Shown in pieces: positions 1-15,552 of a stretch of 64,000 nt of DNA (positions are counted from its first letter, which is position 1; each line of letters begins with the position of its first letter). Below the pieces are notes generated by a model. That model saw only the letters and a list, made by a program, of their open reading frames with translations, did no database searches and was not told the DNA's origin. Source of the DNA: Trichoplax sp. H2 (lineage: Eukaryota); assembly GCA_003344405.1 (NCBI GenBank), contig NOWV01000013.1, positions 744,001 to 808,000 on the forward strand. Direction: 5' to 3'. The position numbers were made by a program, and so were the translations under genes.

Positions 1-461
1 AATTTAATTCTAAACATTGGCCTCATTATAGACTAATGATTAGTTCTCCTTGCATCTCAACTGCTCCTGCTATAGTCATATGGCTAATAGCCTGTTCGTA
101 CTTGACTAAATGATTATAATCCAAGTTATTATCACTGCCAATTAAAATTTCTCTTCAGTAATTGCATTCTATTACTTTAATACCAATACTGTCTTAAGAC
201 TTTAGTTAAATTGTTATAATATAACTATACTTTCACGAAAGATTACGAAGGTGACAAGCCTCCAGAAAATAAAAATATAGATTTTTCTTTTTGCCTGTTA
301 AGAGTACTTTTAAACTAGTAGAATTCCTTTCAAAATATCAAATACCCTTATCGCTAATTAACTTTACAGTTGGCATTATGTACCGTTTCCGTTTATAAAG
401 TAAGCTGGTTCTGTATTACTACAATTTTATTGTGACTTATACGTAAATTATATTAATATAG

Positions 462-3400
462 GAAAAGTGGTAGATCCAAATCATATCAAAACTGTCGAAG
501 CATCGACATCAATGGTAATGAATTCTTTTGTCAATATTGAAAATGAAAAGGACTCCATGTTATCACATATCAAAAGGATTGAACTGGATTTAAATCTCAG
601 CTTTAGTTTGATATAACAGTAGCAGTAGCGTTATATATATGCCTACAATCGAATACTTTAAATTGTAAATTTATTACCAAACTGAAATCGATTCATGATA
701 TTGAATATTTACTGAGGAGTACAGTAAAAGGTAATTTGAAAGTTCATGAATGCTAATATTATGTCCTTGAATAAATGTTACAAATAGGTAATTAATTTGA
801 TCAAAATTGCACAAGAAAATGTCAGTGAGAGCCCAAATAATGTTACACAATCACTGGATAAAGTTCTGGTGAGCAATTTCTACTGTACTCATCAGTAATA
901 CGTGACTTTGCTAGATGTAAATTAATAGTAATTATGAAATCAATGTTTGTATTATATTAATTTCATATATATGAAATTGAATCAAAATTGTGTATAATAA
1001 CTTGTAATGAGAGAGTTCTCCTTCTTAATCCATACTACGTGCCAAAAATATGAAAATATAAATTTAAGCAGTATGAATTTATAGCTATAAGAGGATCCTA
1101 TCTAATCTTATCATTTAATTATCCCATATTACAGCAAATACTGAAAGATGCTGAGATTTCCTTTCCTCAAGGAGCTGACTTTGACTTAATCAATTTTACT
1201 GAACTTGGCAATAACGTTAGTTGAAATATTGTAAAAGGAATGCACTTAGCAAAATTATCGACTATCATTTGTGACGAACACTTGTGAAATTAATTTTCTA
1301 TTTTCTATATGTATGAAATGACGGTATGCGTATTTCTTGTTTTGCAAAATATTTTCTAGACGATAACATCACAAGGTAATTTACCAAGTAAGTAACTTGC
1401 TGTTCTTAGCTATAGTTACGGAAGTTGGGTCTTCAGCCTATCTGATGCTATCCTTATTAGATCGTTGATTTTATGAACTAATTCATATTTTTATATTGTA
1501 CGTAAAAGGACCATCTTTAGTAGTTAATGCCAAAAGTATACTTAATGATGCATCAGCAGAAATTAAAATTGCATTGGATGGTGCATCTGATTGGGATTAT
1601 GACATTCTAGAATTGGAACGTGTTACGGAAAAGAGGTAGATATATTTCATTCGGAAGGAAAATTATAATTATGATAACTCTGTAAATATTTCATGCGATG
1701 GAGGCTGTTATACAAATATACTACAAGTTTAATATATACTTTATCGTAATAAATAGCAATATTTTAGCGTTTGCAATATTGCAGCTCTAATTTAAATCCA
1801 TACCAAGTACAAAAGCGTGTTAAAAATAATAATAATGCAATCATAGTCTTTTTGCATCTAATAATAGGCATACTAAAAGAAACTGTTATTGAATTTGTTA
1901 ATAATTACGAAATTCAAAGCTAACCATTTGCTATTTCTTTCCCAATTTTATTAGACCATTGGTCTACCTTGGTATGAAAATATTTGAGCGCTTCCGAATG
2001 GGCCACTATCTCAATGCATCTGCGGATGTATTATGCAACTGGTTAAAGGTAGACTTATAAGAATAAATATATTTTAAGTAGTGACATTTTAAACAATGAC
2101 TTTGGTTATCTATTATAGATCTTTAATCTAATTTATCGAATTATCGATCCATCCTATTAGCAATATTCTATAATAATTTCGAAATTTATCGTAACTATTA
2201 TTGCTCTCTCTCTTTCGAATTCAGTTAATTGAAGCAAACTATAGACAAAGTAATAGCTACCATAACTCGACGCATGCTGGTGATGTGTTGCATGCTAGTG
2301 CCTGTTTCTTGGATTGTGATCGCGTGAAGGTAAAATAAATTATTACTATTGAAAGTCTTCGAATGAAGACTCCTTTATTTTTACTGCAAATAAAATTATA
2401 ATAATATTTATGTACTATTTGAATTTATGATATAATATAGAATTTACTCGATCCATTGGATATTATGGCTTCTCTAATTGCGGCAATAGTGCACGATGTT
2501 GATCATCCCGGCGTTACCAGTGCATTTTTATGCAATTCTCATAATCCCCTTGCACTACTTTACAATGATAGGTGAGATATTTATGATGACTGGAATCGGT
2601 TAAAAATTAAAAGATAGATTGGACTGTTAGGTATTTCTTAATCTAAGTGATACAGTGTTACTTAATGTACTTATCTATTTTTCCTACTTCAAATATTACC
2701 CATTAGTGCTGTACTTGAAAGTCATCATGCTGCTTTGGCTTTCAAATTAACTACCAGTAATGATAAAGTTAATATTTTCAAGGGGCTAGAAAGGTAAAGT
2801 TATAATTCTATGTCTTCTAATTACAGCGAGCATTATTTCGATATTTTCTTGATAGTACCATTTTTATTATAACTAATCGTTGCTTTGCAATGGGTATTGT
2901 TTATTCTCTTTATTTTAGTGATGAATATCGTTCTATTCGTTCATCGATAATTGATATGGTTTTGGCTACTGAAATGACAAAGCATTTTTCTTACTTATCT
3001 AAATTTACTGACTGTTTAAATTCTAGCAAGAATACTGTTGTAAGTAACCAATTGAAAATATTTAGATGTAAAATAATTAAAGCTGTTTACTTATAGAACA
3101 GTACTTTCTTGCACATCATAAATTATGAAGCTTAGACATTTATTTTTCACTGTTAGAAGGATTTTACAGTATATAGATGATTTCTTTCACTTTGTTAATC
3201 GATATTTGGGTGAATTAAAAAATTATCTAGATTGCTGATGATGGTACAGAGTTGAAAGTTATCGAAAGCTCATCGGAAAATAGAATGCTAGCAAAACGTA
3301 TACTGATTAAGTGTGCTGATATTTCGAATCCTGCAAGAAACTGGATATTAAGTAAAGAATGGGCGTTAAGGATATTGGACGAATACATGTGCCAGGTATT

Positions 3401-4364
3401 GTTATATTTAATAAGTACTTTCCAGTATCCTAACATAAACCATGTAGTCAATTAGTAAAGTACCGTTATTAAATAAAAATAGCTTAGACAGAGTCTTAAT
3501 TATGCATGTACTTATCATAAATATAGTACGACGAAGAAGATAAGGAAGGTTTACCGTTGACAATGCATATGTTTAACAGAGAAAAATGTAATGTGCCTCA
3601 ATCACAGGTAAAAACGGTGATGTACAACTGTTCTGTCGTTTACATACTTGAGACCTTTGGACTCTGAAAGACATGATATTGATACGAAAAGTGCTATTTG
3701 TACAAAATTTGATAATCAGCTTTTAATATATTTGCAGCGATCTTTTTATGACTACTTCGTTAAGGACCTATTTAAATCTTGGCATTGTAAGTCTATTTTT
3801 TTTGTCTTTAATTACAAAACTACTTAACAAATATTAACCCGATGTATAGTTATGTTCTGTAATTGACAACAGCACGTACTATAATTTTTCCTTTGTATAA
3901 CGAGGTTTAGATTGTATAGGTTAATAATAGACTGCATTCAAATTTTCCCTACTCATATGAATACAATACTTAGTTAGATATGACTAAGCAGTACCTTATA
4001 ATACGTAATTATGATATGACAAAATCGTATCTACAATTTTCAATATTGCATGCTTGTATTATTTACGGTGCTTTCTCTTCGTTTTTTATTTGTTGAAGAT
4101 TTTCAATATATATTGTATTAGTATAGTTTAAAATTTCAATACACAGATTTACAAAACTTGACTAAATCAATTTTTTTATACTTTTAAATAGCTTTTGCCC
4201 ATATTCCACACGTAATGAAAAATATCGAAGAGAATTATGATCACTGGCGTAATGTAGAACAAAAAGGCATTAAGGTATATAAGATTAAATGTTACATGTG
4301 ATAATTATTATCTGTTACAATCTACAATAACGGCAAATTAATGTTTCATTTATAGCCACGATAG
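462..4364 (+). CDS. PDE8: cAMP phosphodiesterase, PDE8 family (multi-exon; 5' end lies upstream and is not resolved)
   Basis: Hand-spliced GT-AG exons give [27 protein letters not shown] (788-868), [50 protein letters not shown] (2225-2329), [31 protein letters not shown] (2441-2571), [46 protein letters not shown] and NIEENYDHW. These are class I PDE catalytic motifs in their PDE8-type form ([15 protein letters not shown]). The last mini-exon 4356-4364 (CCA CGA TAG) is tentative. Confidence 0.92.
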
Positions 4365-5568
4365 TAAATATAATATTCGATATTGAAAACGATATCTAAT
4401 TATTAACAACTAAGTTCTGTAAATAATTGTCAACAGTAACGTAGTATGAATCATTATCAAACAGAAAATAATGAAAATAATTATCTAGCATCCCTAATTC
4501 ATGTTTTGCTTCTTTTATATTCTATGTTATGCGACATCGAACAACAGTACTTTCGCGAGTTGAACGAATTAAGAAATTCTAAAGATGTGCCATGATTTCA
4601 GATTTTTAATTTTTATTTCGAAAAATTCAAGCAATATATACTATATACGTCCACATAGCCAGACAGATATTATCTAGATGTTATAGAAGATGGAGCTGGA
4701 TTATTGGCTATCCGTTTGTGTATATACATATGAACAAAAAATCCACTTTTACAAATTCTATCTTCTTCATCTATAAAATTCAACAGCAACAATAATATTA
4801 TAAAATATCATTTCAATCTGAGTTTAGATTTATAACCTTAAAAATGAAAGGGAGATTCACAACGTTGTATATTGGAGATCATTAATATTCGATCTTAAAA
4901 TAGTAGAGAAATCCTTTGCTGTGACATATGTTATGAACTAAGAAAAGTGTGAAAGTAGTTGAAGTTAAGGAATAAAATAAGATGCTCCGATGTATTAATA
5001 TCTCAACAAATCAATGCGAAGTATTGGCTACGGTATGCAGCATACAAAAAGCTAGCCTCAGTCATTAATTACTTTTTGTATAATGAAAAGAAATTGTTGT
5101 TATTAATTATGGAAGTGGGTCATAAAAGGATCATTACAACAGTTATCAATCTTATAGCTTGCATATTATTTCACTCTGGCAAAATGTTACTGTATATATA
5201 TAATTACGATAAGATTAAAATCAATCCACGCAATCAACAGGCATCATGGAAAAGACATTATTTTAAACGTGATAGAATTTCTTCTGGTATTATTGGCTGC
5301 TTATTTGAGACCGATTTTGATTCAATACACTACATCATTCAATTCTCATAAATGACTTAATTATAGAAAAACAGCTCTTGACTTGTCGTAAATTATACGG
5401 CTATTTATTCAATTTTATTTAATAAGGTACTTAGCCACTGACTGTATAAATAGATGAGTAGATGAAAAATGAAACTATTGCCTTTTATTTACGTATTACA
5501 TGATTATATATACAATTAATTTGTATATTTTAACTTAAAATAGATTATCATTAAAGTGCCTAAATAAA

Positions 5569-5569
<1 letters not shown>

Positions 5570-5604
<35 letters not shown>

Positions 5605-5765
5605 GTATATGCATCTGCATCTGTGTATGTATATGTATATATATATATTTTTATATGTTTATAGATCGATGTAGTGCAGCGGTTGAGATGTGCCCCTGTA
5701 ATGCCTTTACGATCGTTACATCAATTGCATATAAAATATATATATATATCTATGTATATGTGTGA
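5570..5765. repeat. (AT)n / (TATG)n low-complexity microsatellite tract
   Basis: Run of AT dinucleotides at ~5572-5598 followed by degenerate TATG/TGCA units. It explains the spurious 5568-5765 ORF. Similar tracts occur near 6400-6425, 6995-7060 and 61725-61760. Confidence 0.85.
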
Positions 5766-8700
5766 ATTACAGCTAATACATTTGCTACATGCGCAACAAT
5801 GTGTTGCCACTATTCGATGGCATAGGTTATGGTAGAATTGGATGCCAAGCGTATTTAGTGAAATTTGATAAATTATTTCGTATTAAAATGAAAATATTAA
5901 GTTAATTTACATTTCTTGAATTTTTTTCTTCTAACCCAACTTGTCGATTGCGTTTTATTATATTATTGCTATTACTGACAATGCTTTAGAAAGATTATTC
6001 TATTTAGTTAATCAATTGATAATTAACTCGTGAATAGCATCGCCAGTATATGCTATATGTCGATTCATGATGTATTCTTGCGGATTGTACACACACCACT
6101 TGTGCGGACATGATTCATTAATAATGTGATGTTACGAGGATTAAAACATGCAGTCGTTGCATTCAGTAAACACGATTGGAGTATTGTAAGATATTGTAAA
6201 AATTTCTAATTACAATATTATCTCGACTATGGATGTGAAGCGCTTCCATCACGTTTTAAGAGCAATGAATAATCTTGTTTCTTATGTAGATTATATTACT
6301 TATGGTATAGAGAAATAGTATTAATGCCAATTGTTATTGCTATTCGTACCATTTTGTTATGGATAACAATGCAATAGATAAATGTCGTTTTGCTACGTAT
6401 ATATATTATAATATATATATATATAGTTTTCTTTTTCTTGGTTGCTAAAATTTAGAAATATCTGTACATCTAATTCTCTTTCTGTATCTATGTATAATTA
6501 TAGTTAGCTTACATCTTTATAAAGCTAATTTATATATGTACGTAAATGTCATTATATCAGCATGATTACAGCGATGCTATTTACTACAAATTCAGTTGGT
6601 TTTTGAAGATATTGACAGATAGCCAAGCCAATGGCATAGAGATCATGATCGAATTTACCTTTTTCCATTATTGCTATTTAGAATACTTCGTATCTTAAAA
6701 TGGTGTCATTGCAATATTCCAAATTGCTAACAGTACATTAATCGTGATTTGTTATCATTATTATTATAATTATTATTGCTACTATTAATATTAATGTCAT
6801 AATTACTATTACAACTGTTATTATATTATTAAGATTCTTGATAACTAATCTTTCCTATAAAACTGATTACTAGCGTAATACTACTTGGACGTCATGTTGC
6901 TAATTTATGCAACAGAATGTTACTTATCGAATTGATATTATAGAAATACCCATTAAGAACACATTCATTATTTGAAACAACACTCTGATTCGAATCTATC
7001 TATCTATCTATCTCTATATATATATATATGTAAAAGTACCGTATATATATATATATATATGTCTGCATATACACACTCACATGTTTCCACCTACATAAAC
7101 GATCAAATATATTGTCGCTATCAGCATGAATTATGTTTAAACTAATATTAATGTATCGTTTATAACTCACCTAATACTTTATAAAGTATAATAATGCGTT
7201 AGTGTTTTTATTTTTAACAAAATTGTAGTGAGTAAGAATAACTCATTAGCCACAGTCTTATTTCTTATTAAATTTATTTAGTTCAATAACATTGTAAATG
7301 CACCATAATGTAATTTGGATAACTAACATTCATCGTGCGTTATGGTTTGCTTATTACTTTACTGATCATCCAAGCCATCTTTCATAATAATAATGATAAT
7401 AATGATTTTATTATTGTTATTCATTACGGTTAAGATGTACTGTTGCTTTTTTGAGGATACAGTAATACTTTTATTGTTTTACTTTGGTTGTCTTTTTTGG
7501 TTGTTGCAGTTACTCTTGGTTTCCTTTAAATAGTCAAAATATGTGAAAATTATCATTAATACACTATATATAATGAATTTATGATCTTACTACATTGTAT
7601 CGTAGACAATTTCTAATGATGTTGCACTATATTGTAAGAGTATTCAAAGCGCTGATTTAATTGCGTTAACAATGCTCACTTTTGGTAACCTTGTTACGGC
7701 ACTCAGCGATCACTGAATTAAAATATCGATGAAAAATATCTTAATTTCTCAGCTGTTCTTTATCAAAAAAATATCGTCAGATTTTATCATGGCGCAGGTA
7801 CCGATTTTAAATATGCTGCCTACAGGCAACGGCAATCGATATCTCGTATACCCACCTTATAGTGATTTTCGTTACTATGCTAACGTATAGAGTACCGTAA
7901 CCATATTAAATTTGATTTGTAAGTCCAGTAATACTAGTTAGCTGAAAATGTTGGCCTTATAGCTTTACATAATATCAGTATTTGTCGATCTGCGAGTCAA
8001 CCCAACTTAACGACGCCTTAAAGATTATGAATTAGTTAGCACTTTTAATAGTTAGCAGGCAAATGATGATTCCTATTACGATTTATACAATGCTCTACAA
8101 CAGCTTAGTTAATTTTACGTAGTTGTGCGAATCATTAGTAGTGAACATGTAGTTCGTTACCGTAATTGAAGCTTTTCCTAAACATCAGCTTCAATAAGCG
8201 AGCTAATATACTCGTAGTTACATTTATGAAGGTTTAAATTACAATAATAATATAATTTAAGAAGGAAAATTGATTTCGAAAAAGAAATTACCAGCTATAG
8301 CAGTATGCATCGAGGGTATTCTCTACATTTTAACTAAGATAAGCCTGACAGCCTTTTCCAGAGACTACTGAAAAGAAAGTCGCTGCCGTTTCTCATAAAT
8401 AAAATGATGATTTGCGTACTTACGCTTAGGTAAGTACCTTACATAATGTAAATTTAAAAGTAAGGTTTTGATTATACAACGTATACTGCACATGGTTATA
8501 TACAAAAGTAAAAGCGAAATATTTACATTCCAAGAATACTTAACAATATAAATGCTCAGGCTTACTTAAAGGACAGTCATAAATTAAAATAAGTATCTGA
8601 TAGATAATGCTGCCCCTTAAAACAACTGTTTATTATTGGCCGTTAGGTATTGGTAGTAAATTATCTGAAGACTAGTCCTAGAGACTTGTTTAATAAGAAC

Positions 8701-8847
8701 CAAGAAAAATAATATTCTCTATTTCATGAAATAAAGTTGTCTCTTCATAATGCAGCAGAAAGTAATAATATGTAGAACTACTTTTAACTCAAAATCTTCT
8801 ACGTTTCATGTTATAATTGGATTGTTATTTGCCATTTTATAACATTC

Positions 8848-11800
8848 TTAATCTAAATCATTAAGTAACGTTGCCGACCATCGTTCAAGAACTTGAAGAG
8901 CGTCAATATTATTTTCTAGTAAATTAAATTATCTGCTGTTAGATTTGTATCGGTAAACGATACAATTGATTAGATGATATAAATTTTACCTAACATCACT
9001 ACAGTTACTGCAGCTATTAATATTCTTTTTAATTATGAATATGAATTGATCATAATTTTAACCTTTAGTTTCAAGATTGGAATAGATTCGTTCCTCTGAT
9101 GGCCAAGCAGTCGATTGATTTCCATCAATAATATTTTCATCAGGTAAGTCTTCTATATTTTCAATTTCATCATGATTCTTTTCTTTTTGTCGTGCTTGAA
9201 TTATATTATCATCTTTTAATGGCTTCGGAGCACTATTTTCAGGTACTAACTTTGTTTCTGCATTGAATTTTTCATCTTTATTTCGCCCATTTTGAGTTGG
9301 ATGCAGAGGCTTTCGTTGTGATAGTATGATTCCTTCTCGACGTAGTGAAGCCTGACGCAATTTAATATAGTTAGTTAGTATAGGTAACAAATTGCAATAA
9401 GTATATGCGAATACCTATCAAATCAGATAAAAAAATTCTTTTCAGTAATACATTGATTAGATAATTTATTAGGTAGCTCTCATACCTCAGTACAACATTT
9501 TTAAGGCTAGATGGTAACAAATGCGATATGATTTTGCTAAAGCTTAATTACAGTTTTATATTATATACCATAAGTAAATTTCTTTCTTTCTCTAAACTTC
9601 GGATTTCATAAACGTATTTATTGACCTGCTGCAATAGCTCTTGTCTTTCGGTTTCGATCAACTGAGTCATTCTCTGAATTTCCTGAGTGGAATGCCGTTT
9701 TATCTGTTTAGCTGTTATAACTATTAATAAATCAAATGATGTACTTAAGTCAGGCAATCTGGTTGATGGATTTATCAGTACATAACAGCTAAATAGCAAG
9801 AGTGTTATTGTATATATATTTACTGTGCCTTGTTGTAATATCAGCGTGATTTAATATCATATAGTGTCATATTTGATAATATATTTGAGTTATAGAGCAT
9901 GCTATACTAATATAATTCCGGCCTATAGATTCACGTAAAAGCAAGTGCCAAAAATTCAATAGATACAATATAATTGGTTTAATACACAACTTTAATTTAT
10001 AGTCCATGGAATACTCCATTTCCAATGTAGCTTAGCGAAGCAATAAATATAATTATTTATAAAATCTATCGATTATATGCAACATCTTCAGAGTGACATT
10101 ATTACTACAATAGTTTGAGCAATAGATGATTGATATATTGGAAAAGATTCCTTATTTTTACTGAATAATTGCGCTCTATGTTATAATATGCAATCTCTAA
10201 AATATGATTTCATTCCATTTAGAAGATACATTTTTAGGATCATTGTCATTTTATATTTTTAACCTTGTACTGTATTAGATTTCCTTACCAGTTTTAACTC
10301 TTTCTTTGCGGGCTTCATGTAACTGATTTTGTAACTGTGCAAGTTCATCTTTATACCTGCTACGTTCCTTATCGAAAGAAATTTCTACCTCTATATGAGA
10401 CAATAAATTAATTATCTTACTATAATTCTATTAAAGGGAAGGCTGGGACACTTTAAGTTTCAGTTTATTTGCAGTTAGATTTATTGCTTATATTTTGAAA
10501 TTTACTTGAGAAACAGAATTTATAGGCTGCTTTACTACTATAATAAACCTTATAACTTATCATATCTGCAGTATTTACGTTAGTCAAAATCACCTTTATG
10601 GATAACTTGCCGATGTTGTGATAACTTTTCTTGGCATTTTCGAAATTCTTCACTGATTTTATCAAAGTCTTTAACTTTCAATTCAAGTTGCCTCGATAGC
10701 TTTTTGCAGTTCTGTATATTCGTATATATATATGAATATTCATAAATTAGAATATTTGCGGATAAAAACAAAAAATGTGTTTAAAAGTTTAAATAACTTT
10801 TAATTGCTACCCATAAACTATACGTTAATATTTACATATTAAACTTTCTTAGCTATATGCTGACATTTATTAACATTTTTGAATTTACTTGATCTAAACT
10901 CTAAAAAATATTCTTATAAGTCAAATATTACCTAATTTCAACTGCAACTTAAAGGGTTTACTTATTAGTTCTTAGCTAGTGTAATGATACTTGTTAACAT
11001 TTTTAAGTATGATTTAGATACTGTAAACTATTCCGTAATGGGCGCATTTACAGCATTTTAGACAATCATAAAATATTTTCATTTTTATACTTGACCTCTT
11101 CTTTATCCGATAATAAATCCTTTAATCTACAGTTAGCAGCGCTTTGCTCCTCAATCTGATTCTGATCTGCAGCATTAAAAGAAAATATTCAGGTGCAGAA
11201 ATGATAAAAATAATAATAGTAAGTACTTGTATGCATTGATAATTGGTGAAACCTTGAAAAAAATAATCAAATTGCTATCAAAAGAACGAAGTTTGTATTA
11301 TTTTAAAATACTAATGTAGTACTACAGTATGCCGTATTAACTTGATTTATAAAGTTAGCCTTGGTTCAGAGTAATAGATTGATTACAGTAATCAGAATAA
11401 AACATTTCATTGTAATATTTTTGCGCATTAACCAAGAATTACTATACTATTAAAGATAAAGAGCTTATATATTATTGATAATCATGTACTTTGGTGTTTA
11501 TTTCAATTACTTAATTTAAAGATGTGATATCAATTTCGATGCTTAATGTCTTAGTTCATTCTTTTAGTAGATACTAATATTGAAATTCAATCATTTACTC
11601 TTTACGATTTCGCCAATTAATTACGAATTACGTCACGTTTTAGTGTTTTTTTAGCTTAAACGCCATTTTATGTTAATCACTTAATATTTACTTTAAAGAG
11701 ATTTTGTGAGCATAACTTAGAACTAATAGGGAAATTAGGGCTCTTAATATTATATTTGAGAGATAATGCAATTTTACTTCATAGTAACTTCTTTATTATA

Positions 11801-14775
11801 TGTGATATTATTTGTTCTTATAATAAGAAGTTAACACTATCCTAAAGTGCCGTGTTTATTAATATTTTGTTACTGTGTTAAAAATACTATGAAAGTTATT
11901 ATTTAGACTTACATTGAGTACGGATATCAAAAATTTTACTCTCAAACAGCTCGCAATCAGCAGAGATTTTTTTAGCTAGTCGATCTCGATCTGCAGTTAC
12001 CAGTTGCAGGTCAGTTTCTAGCTGTTGCATTCTACTTAATGGGTAAATAAAATGCAGCTTAATTAGTATGCAAATAAGACAACATACTTGTACGTATGCA
12101 TGCGGCAATTATATTGAATTTTAGCAGGTTTTTGTAATTAAGAATATGTACCAAATCTAACTTTCAATCGAGTATTATGAAAATAGTGAACGGACCTTTT
12201 TCTAATAATATCAATTTCATTAATTTTATCCTGGTTCATTTCAACTACTGTCTGGTCAGTGTCTTGATTTGGTAATATAGCGTTATCTTTTTCATCAGGA
12301 TTGTTCATTTCATACATGCGAGACAAAGTCGCCTGCCGAACAAGTAATCCTTGGAGAAAAGATAAACATATTTTATGGATTGAATGAAATCATAAAGGTG
12401 CAAGTGCCATTAGTGGTAGAAAATTTCAGAAAATTTGAGAATCCATAATATAAAATGCGATAAGGAACCAGTATCACTACTCGAGCCCAAATTTTGAAAA
12501 TTCAACAATGAAGGTACCTTGTAAGGTTTTTAACCGACTACAAGCAAAGTTTAGCCTTTCATTAAAGCCAGAGAGTTCATTATGACTTTTGTTTTGCAAA
12601 TGAATAAAATTTTCGTGCGTAGATGTCATACTATACAAGTAAAAAGAGAATTAATGGAATTATTCAGGTTTAGATGACGATATAGAAAATAACTTACGAT
12701 TCTGCAACAGTTTTCAAAGATGTTATACATAGATCATCTTCGGATAATTTTGATCTAAGGTTTTCAATTTCGATTTTATAGCGTTTTATTTCATCATCCC
12801 TGTTCTAATATATAGTTATTAAGTTATTATTAGCTTTCATCAACAACTGATTTTGTAATATTCCTATGAAATATAAATTGTGATATTTTCAGTAATATTA
12901 CAGACCATACGATAATTGCGCGATTTATAAATTTATTATCTTTTATATAAGAATGTATGATATTTAAAATTGCTTACCTGACGGTGATTAATTTCAATCT
13001 GAATTTGAGCTTTTGCATTAGCAAGTGCACGAGATGTAATTAGGTTGTCGTTCCGAGTCTCTTCTAAAGACCTATGTAATGAACTAATCTGGAATATATT
13101 TTTACAATTGTCAAATATTTTCACATTATCAGAGGAGATAAAGCTGAAATAATTACTTTCTGTTGATGCTGCTGCTGAAGTCTTTCCATTGCTAGGTCAT
13201 TTGATTTTAATTGTAACAATAAAGAATAGACTTTCTGCCTCCATCTAAATATGCGTCGTTAATATTATTTAAGAAATTCTAAAGTTATTTCATGACTTGC
13301 TATTGGAGTGTAATACTTTGAATTTAAGATATTAATGTGCAAACCTTGATAATAATTCTAGTGATTCCTCTTTATTTGTTATCAGTGATTCTTGGCTCTA
13401 TTTGAGATAAATATTATTTGAGTAACAAAATGTTTGATTCTAATACTTAATTTCTCTATTGACCGACTGTTGTGTACGCATCTATCATAACCAATACTAA
13501 TGCTAGGTTAGCACCAATTTCGAATCAAATTCTATTTTGAGAAGTTAATGAACTAAATGTATACCTTATTTATAATTTGATTCTGTAGCATTTCAACCAT
13601 ATCATTTAGCGCCGATATCTGCAAATTTGATAGTTCTATCGTATCTTGTAATCTTTCATTTTCCATAGTAAGTCGCTGCAAAATTAGCAATGTATTCATT
13701 TATCTTCTGAATTTGTCAATAAATAGAATTAACATTCTGCATTTTATTTTTACTATTTAACATATTTCACTTCTATTTGTTGTTATTTTGACCAAGTTAT
13801 GAACATAGAATGACCAACTTTATTTTTATCCTGTTCTTCAGTTGCTTTTTCTTGCCAAGTTCTTTCTAGATTTCTGCTTATATCATTACCGATGTACGCT
13901 CGCAGTCGGGTAATTTCATTTTGCAATGCTTGTTGATTTTGGTATTCATTCCTAAATTTTCAAATGTTATTCAGTGTACTATGGCTACTGGTATACATCA
14001 ATTACGTTAATCTCCTAGATGAGAATTTTAACTAATTTTAAAGTGAACCTTAATTTTTGCTCCAACTGGTGTCTTTCTGTTTCGACAATTATCTTATCTC
14101 TATTAGCATTTTGCTCCAAGATTCTCTTTTCCTTTTCAGTTTCCGAGACTCTTTCTAGTGCTCGCATCCTTTCTTCATCTAATACAATTAGCCGCTCATT
14201 TAATTTTACAAAATGGATAGTATTTTGATTTAATTTTGCCTGTTAAAAGATCGGAAAATAATAATTATAATTAGTGTACAACTGTATATAATAAAGTGGT
14301 TTCTGATAAAGATATCTCCTAATCGATGTGTCTATTTTGTACTAAAAGTTTTAAGGTAATAGCTGTTACTGCGAATGGGTTTAGCTTTAATTGGAAACAA
14401 TTTCTACTTCTCGTTACGTGATAATAAACTACTGTATTTTAAGGATAATTTATCTTTATCAACAATACAGATAAAAGGCTGTATCACTGAATCCTCTATG
14501 CATATTATAGAGGAGGAGAAAATATTGACGATGAGAGGACTGTAACATGTAGCGGATATTATTGCTCAATTAACCTCTAAATCAGATATTTTCAGTTGAT
14601 AGTCATTCTTGTCTTTTTCTCTTGATTGGCAATCATTGATTTCTTCCTGTATCGATTCCAATTTAGAATTAGAGCGATCGTTGTCAACATTGAATTTTGA
14701 TGGCGGCCAAAGGAGACTCTCCGTCATATAGGAGTCTTTTTCAAAAAATTCTGGCGGTTTGGGACTAGTCGTCAT
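8848..14775 (-). CDS. CCHCR1: Coiled-coil alpha-helical rod protein 1 (HCR) homolog, multi-exon
   Basis: Start MTTSPKPPEFF...LLWPPSKF at 14775. Exons encode RWRQKVYSLLLQLKSNDL (~13246-13190; cf. vertebrate RWREKVFALMVQLKAQEL), LSGFNERLNFACSRLKTLQG, MQQLETDLQLVTADRDRL, LEKERNLLM and ASLRREG. The last exon reads NNIDALQVLERWSATLLNDLD-stop (TAA at 8850-8848). Coiled-coil character throughout. Confidence 0.82.
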
Positions 14776-15167
14776 GGTTTTACAGCTTATTTTACCTTCT
14801 TGAAAGTATTTAATTTATAGATTACGCCATAACTTGTCAATTTTGTCTTTTAAGAATTGTTGAAATAAGTTCCATTAGTTCATAACCCGCCATATCGTTA
14901 ACCGCTTGCGATAGTGAACTAACCAAGGTAAGTAACAACTTTCGACTGGAATGGAATACGTGTACGAGACCCTGTCCTGGATGAGCTATGATCAGAAAGG
15001 ATGGCACCGCCTATACGGTTGCTATAGAAACAACGGCGATTGACAAGGAAATGAATGAAGGAATGCAAGCAATTGCGCAGTACTATGTGCCATACGGTAG
15101 TGCCTAGCCCAGTGTAAATGGACAGACAGACATCCTCAGTCGATGCATAAAGCAAAAAAGGGAAGGC

Positions 15168-15267
15168 GACTCGTATTTTGCTAGCAATTGATACTTTTTA
15201 TATTCAGCCATTTTCTTAGACTCGTATTTTGCCAGCAATTGATACTCTTTATTCAGCCATTTTCTTA
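15168..15267. repeat. Direct tandem duplication, ~50 bp x2
   Basis: GACTCGTATTTTGC.AGCAATTGATACT...ATTCAGCCATTTTCTTA starts at 15168 and again at 15219. Confidence 0.9.
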
Positions 15268-15552
15268 TACTGTATGGCATACATCAGGCTATAGGCAGAG
15301 AGTGAGGAGAACGTGAAAGTGTGTATCGAAATCGCATATTCAGACTCCTGCATACAGTATAAATTCGCCTAACAGAACGATCCTGCTATTGCAGTCGTAT
15401 ACAGTATCTTCATTCCAGTCTCTTTATTATAAAGAGGACGCGATTTGCTCCTCTCTGAGTAGTCCTATATCATTTTACATAACATTCTTGCAATAGAATA
15501 TAGTCTACAGTATATAACCTATATATCTCTCTTTATATGCTATATATATATA

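Noticed and set aside
2492-2530. PDE signature reads [10 protein letters not shown] rather than HDxxHxGxxN
   Set aside because: The metal-binding His/Asp residues and the invariant Gln (PQSQ) are intact, and I recall similar Ser variants in invertebrate PDE8, so this is not evidence of a pseudoenzyme.
4959-5351. 130-aa + strand ORF downstream of PDE8
   Set aside because: TTG start, composition typical of AT-rich non-coding DNA and no recognisable motif; probably UTR or intergenic.
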